A DNA stretch of 20,000 nt from an uncultured virus (IMG/VR IMGVR_UViG_3300032373_000005) (IMGVR_UViG_3300032373_000005), one strand, 5' to 3'; positions 1 through 8,748 are shown, numbered from the stretch's first letter. Made by a program: numbers and translations. Notes: a model not told the origin generated them from the sequence alone.

Positions 1-1
1 A

Positions 2-55
2 CAGTCTCCCGAGCTGCGCGCGTATCTGGACAGCCTGAAGGCCGACGAGGAGTAG
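2..55 (+). CDS. 3' end of an upstream reading frame (QSPELRAYLDSLKADEE*), or the upstream part of the giant protein separated from it by a 1-nt frameshift
   Basis: Frame 2 shows typical high-GC3 codons (gag ctg cgc gcg tat ctg gac agc ctg aag gcc gac) and ends at TAG 53-55; truncated by the window edge. Confidence 0.5.
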   Translation, partial: QSPELRAYLDSLKADEE

Positions 56-99
56 ACCCTCGGCGTCAGGAGGAGGAGGGATCTTCTCGCCCTCGGTTC

Positions 100-3000
100 G
101 TGGTCCCCAGCCTCGACGGCGTGGACCCGGCGAAGCTGGCCGAGGTCGAGCGGCTGCTGGCGGAGATGGGGCGGAAGCTCTCCTCCTCCCTCGCAGAGGC
201 GGTCGAGGAGCAGATCGGTCAGCCCGTCGCCGCGGTGCGGATGCCCAAGGGCACGGGTGGGCTGAGTGCCTACCTCACCTACCCCCCCGCCAACATCAAG
301 CCGCAGGCGCGCACGCTGACGCGCGACGATGTGCAGTCGTTCGCGGGCGGCCTGGCCGCCAAGGCGGGCGTCACGCTGGAGATGAGCGGGCCGATCAAGG
401 GTGACGGCAGCAACGCCCCCATCGTGGTGCTCAACGTCATCATCGTCGACCAGTCCGACCGAAACCAGGGCCTCGGCTCTGCTGTCATGGACGAGGTCAG
501 CAAGTGGGCCGATGAACAGGGCGTCATCATCGCGCTCACCCCTGGGTCAGACTTTGGCAGCTCGGTCTCCCGGTTGCGCCGGTTCTATATGGAGTTTGGC
601 TTCGCGGAGAACAAGGCCCACCGCAAGGACTACCGCACACGCGAGCGCATGATCCGCTACCCGGAGGATGCGCTGCACAGCTCGCTCTCCTCCCTCGCAG
701 AGGCTGCTGATCGCTTGATCGCTGGCGAGATCACCATTGAGGAGTACAAGCGGATCGCCCAGGCCGCCAAGGCTGACGCGCCCGCAAAGGCCCCAGCCAA
801 GACGGATGGTCTGGCAGCGCTCAAGGACGAGCTGAAGACGATCAAGGACAGCTTCGACGAGCGCTACCAGATGGATCGCGTCTGGGCGAATGTCAAGGAT
901 CTCGGCCGCGGCGAGCGGCTGCTGGTGATCGACCAGATGCGCGTCCGCGAGGAGTACCGCCGCCAGGGCATGGGCACGCGCGCCCTCGAAGACTTGCTCG
1001 ACTTTGCCGATCGGCACGGCATGATGGTCGCGCTGACGCCCGACGACATGGGCGCGCCCAAGCGGGTACTGACGCGCTGGTACAAGTCCCACGGCTTCAA
1101 GCCCAACAAGGGGCGCAACAAGGACTTCCGCTTCCGTGAGGCGATGGTCCGCCAGCCCCAGGCGCCCAAGGCCCGCCCTGACCGGCCCGCTCCCGCCCCG
1201 GTCGCTGTGCAGCCCGCCTACAAGACCAACCCGCGCGCCAAGCAGACCCCGCTCCCGCGCAACCTGCCCGCCGCGGCGCAGCGCTTCCTCGCTGACAGCG
1301 CCGTGCAGAACGTCGTCTACCACGGTGTACCCGACGCGCGCTGGGCACGTCACCCCGACACCGCAGTCCTGCAGACCACCACGCAGCGGTACGGCGGCCA
1401 CGACAACAGCCCGGTGTTCTTCTTCACCGACGACCGCCGCCTGGCCTCGACCTACCGCGACAACAAGCCCACGCCGGTGCTCGGCCGCGACGAGGTGCCC
1501 GAGCCCGGCATCCTCAAGGGCTACCTGTCGATCACCAACCCCTACCGGGTGCAGTGGGGTGGTGAAATTTGGAGCGGCGCGGACGCGGACGGCCTGAAGC
1601 TGCGCGACCACATCGAGCGAGCACGAGAAGCAGGCAACGACGGTGTCATCGTCGACAACGTCGTGGACGACTACCAGCGCTCCAGCAAGAGCCGGCCGGC
1701 CACCGTGTACGTGGTTTTTGAGTCGAACAGCTTCAAGAGCGAAGACAACCTCGGCACCTACGACCCCGCCGAGCCTTCGATCCTCCGCAGCCCGCTCGAC
1801 GCAGACCTCCGCGAGCGCCTCGAGGAGATGCTCAACAGCGAAGACCCGGACGTGGTCAGCCAGGGGCTGGAGCTGTTCGACATGCTGGGGTTGGATCGAG
1901 AAGCCCCCAGCGAGGAAGGAGGAGGTCTCCTCTCAAGCCCGGTCTCTCCTCCTCCCCCCGCGTCCCTGGTCCCCCGCGACGAGGTGGGCCGGGTGCTGCA
2001 GCCGATGGACCTGACGTACCCGCCCGGCCAGGGCGAGGGCGGCGCCTACGACGTGGTCAGCCTCTTTGATGGGATCTCCGCAGGCCGGCAGGCGCTGGAG
2101 AACGCCGGCATCCCGGTCGGCCGCTACCTCGCCTCAGAGGTCGACAAGTTCGCCAAGCAGGTCTCGGCGTCCAACTGGCCCGAGATCGAGCAGATCGGCG
2201 ACGTGACGAAGCTGGAGACGGGTGAGGCCGACAGCGTAGCCCTGCCCGAGCGGTACGACTTCCTGATCGGCGGCAGCCCCTGCCAGGATCTGCGCAAGGG
2301 GCGCGACGGGCTGAAGGGCAGCAAGTCCAAGCTGTTCTTCGACTTCGAGCGTGTCTTCCGTCTGGGCCGCCACAAATACTTCCTCTTCGAGAACAACTCC
2401 GAGATGTCTGCCGCGGATGCGGCCTACGTTACCGAGACCTTCGGAGTGGCCCCGATCCTGATCGACGCAGAGCGCGTCGGCGGGATGCGCCGCAAGCGCT
2501 ACTTCTGGACGAACATCCCCGGCATCCGCCAGCCTGCAGACCTCGGGCTGACCGGCGCCGACATCATGCTCGGCTACGACGAGGCGATGGCGCTCGGCCC
2601 CGAGCAGGTCGGGGTGATCACCGACAAGACCCGCAACACCGCCGAGGGCAGCCGCAAGCCGGGCGGCAAGCCGCGGTGGCAGACCGGCCAAGACGCCATC
2701 CAGGTCAAGAGCGACGACAAGCTGCCGACGATGACGTGGCGCCGCGGCAAGGGTGTCCCCTACGACATCGTGACCCAGGGCGACCGCTGGCGGCGCCTGG
2801 CCCGCGTCGAGGCGGAGCGCATGATGGGCTTTCCTGACGGCTACACCGACGCCGTCAGCCGCAAGCAGGCGCTGCATGGCACCGGCAACTCCTGGTCGGT
2901 CCCTGTCGTCGAGCACATCTTCAGCCACCTGGCCCAAGAGAAGGGCAACACCCCCTCCTCCTCCCTCGCCGAGCTGTCCCGCGCCGAGAAGGCCGAGGTG

Positions 3001-6000
3001 ATCTCCCGGCAGCTCGGCCTGTTCGGTGTGCGGCACCCGGTCGAGCAGCGCATCCGCGCGGAGGGAAACGACGGGTTGCGCTCCCCCGACCTCGACGCCG
3101 AGGGTGACAATCCTGCTGCCCTCGCCGCCGAGATGCTCACCCACGCAGACCCCCAGGTCGCAGCCCAGGGAGCGGAGCTGGTGGCGGCGATGGGTATTGA
3201 CTTCGAGGTCGAAGTCTACCAGTCCATCGTTGAGTCGCTGCGCGCCCTGCCGCAGATAGTGGCTGATACCCCCGCCAACAGGCTGTTTCTGACGTACCCG
3301 GTTTACCCAGTTCTCTTCATCGACAACCTTGTCGCGGACAGGCTGTCACCGCAGCAGTCGCAGCGGCTGGCTGGTCAGATGCGCGACATGGCTGAGTTTC
3401 TCTTGTCGCACACTGCCGACCCTATGGCCGACCGCGACTTCCGAGAGCCTGCCGACAGCCTCATCCGGGCGGCTGGACGGATGGAGGGTGTGGAGCCTGT
3501 GCGCGACCCGAAGCAGGTCATTGTAGACCTGCTCGCCGCGCTCGCAAAGGAGGGCGTCACCGCGTATCCGTCTCCTCGCGATGGCTGGGTGGTCCTCGAC
3601 AAGATGGACCAGCAAGCGCTCAGGTCTGCCACACAGAGGGCATCGTCGCGGCTGGCCGAGAAGTACCCCTACCGCGGAAACCTCACCTACTCCATCGGCA
3701 GAGAGTACGGTGTCGGCTTCACGCAGGTCGAGCTTCCCACAGCCATACAAAATCCTCCTCCTCCCACGCAGACGACCAGCCCGCCCAAGTTCAACAAGCG
3801 GCGGATCGGTAGCGCCGAGCGGGAGGCCAACTTTGCCGCCTGGTTCGGCGACAGCAAGGTGGTCGACGAGGCGGGCAAGCCGCTGGTGGTGTACCACTGG
3901 ACGCCTGCCGAGTTCCGTGTCTTCGAGTCGGAGGGTGAGGGTTTCCACTTTGGCACAGAGCGAGCCGCCATCGACCGGCGGGACGACGTAGGCGAACCCA
4001 TCGAGTACGAAACCGAGGAGGACGAGAACGACGGCTTCTACGTCATCGCCGACTCAGGACCACAGAAGGGTCAGGAGCAGGGACCGTTCCCCACCGAGGC
4101 CGACGCTGAAGCCTTCATCGAGCAGCAACCCAAGCACATCGAGCCGATGGCGATGCACCTGCGCATCTCGAATCCTATCGAGATGACGGACTGGGGAACG
4201 TGGGGGCTGGGTGGCATGATCGTCGCCCTTCAGGACAAGGGAATCATCGACAGTAGAGACGCTGACGACATCATCGAACAGCGCCGACTGCGCCAGGGCG
4301 GCGGCTTCGCTCGCATGAAAGACCTGCTCATCGAGCGCGGCTACGACGGCATCAAATACCTCAACGAGGCAGAAGATGTCGGCTCGGTCTCTTGGATCGC
4401 CTTCAGCCCTGAGCAGGTCAAGAACGTCGAGAACGTCGGCAGCTACGATCCCAACAACCCCGATATGTACCAAGCCCGCTCCCTCGACGACGGCGCCGAG
4501 CAGATCCACGGCTACTACCAGCGCACCGCTGCCGGCCACCTCATCCACCTGTTCAAGACCGGCACACTCGGCACACTGTTCCACGAGCAGGGCCACCTCC
4601 TCAAGGCGCTGCTGGGGGAGGAGGAGGCGGAGAGCCTGCTGCGGATCTTCCGGGGGCAGGCGGCCCGCCTGGAGCGCGAAGAGGGTGCGAAGCTGACGCG
4701 AGACCGGGCGGCAGACTACGACGCCTATACCGACGCCGAGAAGCCCGAGGAGCTGATGGCGGACGCCTTCAAGCTGTACCTGCGGCTGCAGACGGCACCC
4801 AACGGCGTCTTCTATCGGGCCTTCGAGCGGCTGCAGTACGCCCTGGCGGATGCCTGGCGCCGGGTGCGCGGCCGAGCGGAGTGGCTGCCGGCCGAGGCGG
4901 TGGCAGTCTGGGATGGACTGCTGCGTCCGGACCTGATCGCCGACAGCAAGGCGTTGCAGATCAACGGCTACCAGCGCGCCACCGAGGCACCGCCGAGCGT
5001 GACGATCCCCAAGGGTGCCGCGGCCCGCACCGGGCAGCTCGGTGCAGAAGCCCGCGCCAAGCACGACGCCCGCGCCCCGATCCGGCGCGACGAGCTGCTG
5101 CAGCAGTCGGGCTACGCCGAGGGGCAGTCGGTGCCCATCAACGAGCTGATGGCAGACCTCGTGGGGATCTCTGCCGCCGAGCGCGCCCGTCGCCGCATCA
5201 AGGGCGTCGAGTACGTCTCGCTGACCCGCCGTACAGCTGTGCCCCGCCAGCGGGTGCGCCTGGTCGCCGGCCGCGCGCACGACAAACTGGAGCGCGCGCT
5301 GGGGGAGTCACCGGAGACCGTCGCGCAGCGCCTGGGCGACGAGGCAGGCACGACCGGCGCCCGACAGGGCCGCACCCTGCACCTGACGCAGCCGCAGGCC
5401 GCGGGCATCCGCCTGCTGGCCAACACCACCGCCATGCAGCCGATGGGTCGGTCCATCCCTGGCCGGCTGCTGGATCCAGACGCGGACCTCTCGACGATCA
5501 CCCTCGACGAGCTCAACGCGCTGCAGGAGGCGGTAATCGACACCGAGGCGGGCATCGCCTCGGGCCGAGACCGCACCGTCGAGCGGATGCCGCCCACGGT
5601 CGGCTACGCCCTGCTGCGCACGCTGCGCACCGCCCCCACCGCCGCCGCTGAGAAGCTGCGCGGGGCAGCGGTCGGCACCGCTGCCGGCGCTGCGCAGAAG
5701 TACAGCGAGGGGGAGATGTCGCGCAGCGCGGCGCAGAGCGCCATCGACGCCTCGGCGAAGACGGCAGCGGTGGCCGACAAGGCACTGAGCGCCGCCGCCC
5801 GCGCCGAGGCTGTCGCGCGCACCCTGGAGAAGTGGTTCGTGGTCCGCGACGACCTCGAAGGTGACATCGATCCGGGGCTGCTGGAGGTGATCACCTCGAC
5901 GATCCGCGACCTCAACGGCATCGACTATTGGGTGCGACAGGCCCAGCGCGCGGTCGTCGCAGAAGCCAAGGACAAGCGCCGCAGCTACCGGCGCAGCCAC

Positions 6001-8748
6001 GGCAGGGCAGCGCCGGATGTTCAGCCGACGCTGCGGGAGCTCGTCGAAGACCTCGCGGGCGAGCTGACCCCGCCGCTGAGTCTGCCAAACATCCTCCTCC
6101 TCCCTGACATCGAGCGCCGGATCTTCGGTGTCGAGGGGGTCGGCCGCTCCGAGCTGAAGCCCTCCAAGATGGCCGAAGACATCCAGGGCCGCCTGGAGAC
6201 TGGCGAGCACGCCTACCTCGACGACATCGCCGACCGGGTGTTCCTCGCGCGGGTCGCGGGCCTGCTGGCAGACGGGCCGGGCCTCACCCTCCTCGAGGAG
6301 CGCGCGCTGCATGTGCTGGACGTGGTGCTCATGGACAGCACGCGGATGGGTGACCCCCAGGCCGCCTTCCGCGAGACTGGCTGGGTGGAGATCAGTCAGG
6401 CGCTGGCGGTGCTGTACCGGGGCGTGCGGCGCCGAGCAGCCCTCATCGAGGACCGCGGCGCAGACATCGCCAGGGCGCTGCTGGGCAGCGGGGCAGCGAT
6501 CAGCGACATCGGACCTGCGACCCGCCGCAGGCTGGCGCTGGCCTTCTACGAGGGCCAGTGGGGGCACGCAGACGCGGTCGACCCGTTCACCCTGGCCGAG
6601 GCCGGCAAGGATGCTGCGGGCGTGGAGCCGCCCACCGAGAGCGGCTGGCGCACGCTGGCGGAGTGGTCCCAGATCAAGCGGGGCACCCCAGACCCGGAGG
6701 GGCTGCTGCTGTTCGAGATGGTGCTGCGGATGCGCGGCCGGGAGATCCTCGCCGGCCTGTCGGCGGATCTGGCGCGGTACGGTCTGCGCATCGACCGGGC
6801 AGAGCTGGAGGCGATGTCTCTGCGTCCTGCGAACGGCTACGGCGCCAAAAATGGCATCGCGGAGAATGAAGACTTCGTCAACGCCGTCATCCACTACCTC
6901 GACCGAGAGCTGACCAACGCGATCACCGTGGAGCACGAGGGCAGCGGCGTGGCCGACCGCTACCCTGCGCCCGCGCACAACAGCCACGACCACGACGCCT
7001 ACACCGCCGCCCGCGGCATCCTCTCCCGCTACGGCATCCAGACAGGCAGGGCCGTCCCCGGCCTGGACCGGTGGAAGCTGACCACGCTGCCGGATGGCTC
7101 CGAGGTGCTGCTGCCGCAGGCGATCATCGACCTGCTCGGCGACAGCCTCGACCGCGCAGTCCCGGTCGGCCAGCTCGCCGCTGCGCTGTCGGGCGATCAG
7201 GTCGGCTACACGACCGCGGCCATCCTCGAGACCCTCTTCGGCGACGGCAACTTCACCCAGGGCATCAAGCTGGGGGTGACGGTCGGTGTGCTGGTGCCCA
7301 ACCCCGCCTACTACATGGGCAACGCCATCGGTGCAATCTTCCAGCTCCAGCAGGGCCTGGGCGCCATCGGTGCCGCCCAGGCGCTGACCCGCAACCCGGC
7401 CATGCTCGCCGCGGTCGCCTGCCAGCTCTGGGGCGACGGCAGCCGCCACGACAACGGCAGCGTCGTCGTCGGCAAGGACGGCCGCATCTACACCTCTGAC
7501 ATGATCGCGGAGCTGGCGGAGCGCGAGGGCCTTGACTCCAGCTTCATCGGCGCCGAGATCCAGCGCGACCTGCTCAAGGACATCCGCCGCAGCCACGGCA
7601 AGGGGCTGCGGCACCTGGCGGTAAAATTCGGTGTGGGCTGGCAGCGCAACCTCATCGAGGCAGCCAGCGCCATCGACAACGTCTTCCGTGTCGCGGCGTT
7701 CACCGACCGGATCATCGAAGGAGAGTCTCCCTCCTCCGCTGCCAGCTTCGCGCGCAAGGTCGGCTACGACTACTCCCGCCTGACGGAATCAGAGAAGTCC
7801 TGGGCGCGCAAGCTGGTGCTGTTCTACTCCTTCCTCAAGCTCAACACCGCGTTCCTGCTCGACACGCTGCTGCGCAACCCCAGCCGCGTGATGGGCCAGT
7901 TCCGCCTGTACCGCGGCCTCACCCGCCAGCACATCGAGGACGAGGAGCCGTTCGTCGTCACCCCGGAGTTCATGGACGGCCGCCTCATCGTCGGTGCCCG
8001 CAACCTCGGCGCCCGCAACGTCCTGTACGAGACCGCCATCGCCGACCGCACCGCGCAGTGGGTCACCATCGTGCCGCCCATCCCCGCCATCGACGGCGTC
8101 GGGCTGCTGCTCGATGTCCAGGCGAGCATCATGCCGATGGAGGAGGACGCCTGGAAGACCCTCTTCTCCCAGATGCACCCCGCCCTCAAGGTGCCCGTCG
8201 TCATGGGGCTGGGCGTCGACCCGTTCTCGGGCCGCGACATCGGATCGACGCAGCAGGTGCCCGCCTACTTCGTCAAGCTCGACCGCAACCTCACCGGCGG
8301 CCTGGTCGTCGACCAGATGCTGCGCGTCGATCCCGCCCGCAACCGCTACGGTCAGGTCGAGTTCTTGCCGGGCAAGGACGGGCAGGCGCGGCTGTGGTGG
8401 GCGATGAACAGCCTGGGGACGTGGGTGCCAGGGATGGGCCGGTCGATGTCGACCTGGGAGGCAGCCGACCGGGCGGACCTCGGCCTCATCGAGGGGATGG
8501 TCTGGGCCAGCGGAGAGGCCAACGCTGCGCTGCGCGGCGTGCGCGACACCGACCCGGTGCTCGGCAACGCCTACATCAACCCCGCCGGCCCCCGGCCTGG
8601 TCTCACCGCCGCCGAGGAGGCGGGCGCGATGCTCGGCGCCAAGCCCTACCCGATCCCCACCCGCTCAGCGCTGCGCGAGGACCGCGCCCGCAGCCTCGAC
8701 CAGCAGCTCACCCGGAGGATGAAGCTGCACGACCGCGACGAGCGCTAA
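100..8748 (+). CDS. Giant phage polyvalent protein, probably virion-packaged and ejected: GNAT-GNAT-ART-C5 MTase-unknown-ART-zincin peptidase-helical C-terminus
   Basis: 2882-aa ORF with strong GC3 bias and several recognisable catalytic motifs (listed separately), adjacent to the terminase. Start uncertain: frame 1 has no stop from position 1 and there is no well-spaced SD before GTG 100. Confidence 0.9.
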   Translation: MVPSLDGVDPAKLAEVERLLAEMGRKLSSSLAEAVEEQIGQPVAAVRMPKGTGGLSAYLTYPPANIKPQARTLTRDDVQSFAGGLAAKAGVTLEMSGPIKGDGSNAPIVVLNVIIVDQSDRNQGLGSAVMDEVSKWADEQGVIIALTPGSDFGSSVSRLRRFYMEFGFAENKAHRKDYRTRERMIRYPEDALHSSLSSLAEAADRLIAGEITIEEYKRIAQAAKADAPAKAPAKTDGLAALKDELKTIKDSFDERYQMDRVWANVKDLGRGERLLVIDQMRVREEYRRQGMGTRALEDLLDFADRHGMMVALTPDDMGAPKRVLTRWYKSHGFKPNKGRNKDFRFREAMVRQPQAPKARPDRPAPAPVAVQPAYKTNPRAKQTPLPRNLPAAAQRFLADSAVQNVVYHGVPDARWARHPDTAVLQTTTQRYGGHDNSPVFFFTDDRRLASTYRDNKPTPVLGRDEVPEPGILKGYLSITNPYRVQWGGEIWSGADADGLKLRDHIERAREAGNDGVIVDNVVDDYQRSSKSRPATVYVVFESNSFKSEDNLGTYDPAEPSILRSPLDADLRERLEEMLNSEDPDVVSQGLELFDMLGLDREAPSEEGGGLLSSPVSPPPPASLVPRDEVGRVLQPMDLTYPPGQGEGGAYDVVSLFDGISAGRQALENAGIPVGRYLASEVDKFAKQVSASNWPEIEQIGDVTKLETGEADSVALPERYDFLIGGSPCQDLRKGRDGLKGSKSKLFFDFERVFRLGRHKYFLFENNSEMSAADAAYVTETFGVAPILIDAERVGGMRRKRYFWTNIPGIRQPADLGLTGADIMLGYDEAMALGPEQVGVITDKTRNTAEGSRKPGGKPRWQTGQDAIQVKSDDKLPTMTWRRGKGVPYDIVTQGDRWRRLARVEAERMMGFPDGYTDAVSRKQALHGTGNSWSVPVVEHIFSHLAQEKGNTPSSSLAELSRAEKAEVISRQLGLFGVRHPVEQRIRAEGNDGLRSPDLDAEGDNPAALAAEMLTHADPQVAAQGAELVAAMGIDFEVEVYQSIVESLRALPQIVADTPANRLFLTYPVYPVLFIDNLVADRLSPQQSQRLAGQMRDMAEFLLSHTADPMADRDFREPADSLIRAAGRMEGVEPVRDPKQVIVDLLAALAKEGVTAYPSPRDGWVVLDKMDQQALRSATQRASSRLAEKYPYRGNLTYSIGREYGVGFTQVELPTAIQNPPPPTQTTSPPKFNKRRIGSAEREANFAAWFGDSKVVDEAGKPLVVYHWTPAEFRVFESEGEGFHFGTERAAIDRRDDVGEPIEYETEEDENDGFYVIADSGPQKGQEQGPFPTEADAEAFIEQQPKHIEPMAMHLRISNPIEMTDWGTWGLGGMIVALQDKGIIDSRDADDIIEQRRLRQGGGFARMKDLLIERGYDGIKYLNEAEDVGSVSWIAFSPEQVKNVENVGSYDPNNPDMYQARSLDDGAEQIHGYYQRTAAGHLIHLFKTGTLGTLFHEQGHLLKALLGEEEAESLLRIFRGQAARLEREEGAKLTRDRAADYDAYTDAEKPEELMADAFKLYLRLQTAPNGVFYRAFERLQYALADAWRRVRGRAEWLPAEAVAVWDGLLRPDLIADSKALQINGYQRATEAPPSVTIPKGAAARTGQLGAEARAKHDARAPIRRDELLQQSGYAEGQSVPINELMADLVGISAAERARRRIKGVEYVSLTRRTAVPRQRVRLVAGRAHDKLERALGESPETVAQRLGDEAGTTGARQGRTLHLTQPQAAGIRLLANTTAMQPMGRSIPGRLLDPDADLSTITLDELNALQEAVIDTEAGIASGRDRTVERMPPTVGYALLRTLRTAPTAAAEKLRGAAVGTAAGAAQKYSEGEMSRSAAQSAIDASAKTAAVADKALSAAARAEAVARTLEKWFVVRDDLEGDIDPGLLEVITSTIRDLNGIDYWVRQAQRAVVAEAKDKRRSYRRSHGRAAPDVQPTLRELVEDLAGELTPPLSLPNILLLPDIERRIFGVEGVGRSELKPSKMAEDIQGRLETGEHAYLDDIADRVFLARVAGLLADGPGLTLLEERALHVLDVVLMDSTRMGDPQAAFRETGWVEISQALAVLYRGVRRRAALIEDRGADIARALLGSGAAISDIGPATRRRLALAFYEGQWGHADAVDPFTLAEAGKDAAGVEPPTESGWRTLAEWSQIKRGTPDPEGLLLFEMVLRMRGREILAGLSADLARYGLRIDRAELEAMSLRPANGYGAKNGIAENEDFVNAVIHYLDRELTNAITVEHEGSGVADRYPAPAHNSHDHDAYTAARGILSRYGIQTGRAVPGLDRWKLTTLPDGSEVLLPQAIIDLLGDSLDRAVPVGQLAAALSGDQVGYTTAAILETLFGDGNFTQGIKLGVTVGVLVPNPAYYMGNAIGAIFQLQQGLGAIGAAQALTRNPAMLAAVACQLWGDGSRHDNGSVVVGKDGRIYTSDMIAELAEREGLDSSFIGAEIQRDLLKDIRRSHGKGLRHLAVKFGVGWQRNLIEAASAIDNVFRVAAFTDRIIEGESPSSAASFARKVGYDYSRLTESEKSWARKLVLFYSFLKLNTAFLLDTLLRNPSRVMGQFRLYRGLTRQHIEDEEPFVVTPEFMDGRLIVGARNLGARNVLYETAIADRTAQWVTIVPPIPAIDGVGLLLDVQASIMPMEEDAWKTLFSQMHPALKVPVVMGLGVDPFSGRDIGSTQQVPAYFVKLDRNLTGGLVVDQMLRVDPARNRYGQVEFLPGKDGQARLWWAMNSLGTWVPGMGRSMSTWEAADRADLGLIEGMVWASGEANAALRGVRDTDPVLGNAYINPAGPRPGLTAAEEAGAMLGAKPYPIPTRSALREDRARSLDQQLTRRMKLHDRDER
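421..663 (+). other. GNAT acetyltransferase domain 1 of the polyvalent protein
   Basis: Acetyl-CoA motif A IIVDQSDRNQGLGSAVM, followed by IIALTP and LRRFYMEFGF. Confidence 0.85.
919..1158 (+). other. GNAT acetyltransferase domain 2 of the polyvalent protein
   Basis: MRVREEYRRQGMGTRAL, VALTP, LTRWYKSHGF; shares the tail NKxxxKD(Y/F)RxRExMxRxP with domain 1. Confidence 0.85.
1285..1782 (+). other. ADP-ribosyltransferase-like domain 1 (ART-PolyVal type)
   Basis: VVYHG, VFFFTDD..LASTY, YLSITNP, AGNDGVIVDNVVD, VYVVFESNSFKS..NLGTYDP: motif order typical of ART domains in phage polyvalent proteins. Confidence 0.75.
2047..2931 (+). other. C5-cytosine DNA methyltransferase domain (DNMT3-like subgroup)
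   Basis: Motif I SLFDGISAG, II ASEVD, III IGDV, IV GGSPCQ (catalytic Cys), VI FEN, VIII RRKRYFWTN, IX EAERMMGFPDGYT, X GNSWSVPVV. Confidence 0.92.
3829..4473 (+). other. ADP-ribosyltransferase-like domain 2 (ART-PolyVal type)
   Basis: NFAAWFGDSKVVDEAGKPLVVYHWT, GFHFGT, HLRISNP, GYDGIKYLNEAED, SWIAFSPEQVKN..NVGSYDPNNPD. Confidence 0.8.
4510..4870 (+). other. Zincin-like metallopeptidase domain of polyvalent proteins
   Basis: TLFHEQGHLL (HExxH, nt 4582-4596), downstream EELMADAFKLYL (third-ligand Glu) and AP..F.R....L...W tail. Confidence 0.75.
7290..8748 (+). other. C-terminal helical region resembling phage internal virion/DNA-ejection proteins (LPD38-like)
   Basis: NPAYYMGNAIG, IDNVFRVAAF, A...ARKVGYDYSRLTESEK..ARKLVLFYSFLKLN, P..KVPV..GLGVDPFSGRDI. 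Confidence 0.55.

Noticed and set aside
2047..2931. Restriction-modification system
   Set aside because: The methylase is an internal domain of the giant protein and no cognate endonuclease gene is recognisable in the window
5308..7614. 768-aa minus-strand ORF (and similar ones at 547-1611, 2134-3144, 4054-5280)
   Set aside because: Antisense shadows of the high-GC3 giant gene with no recognisable motifs
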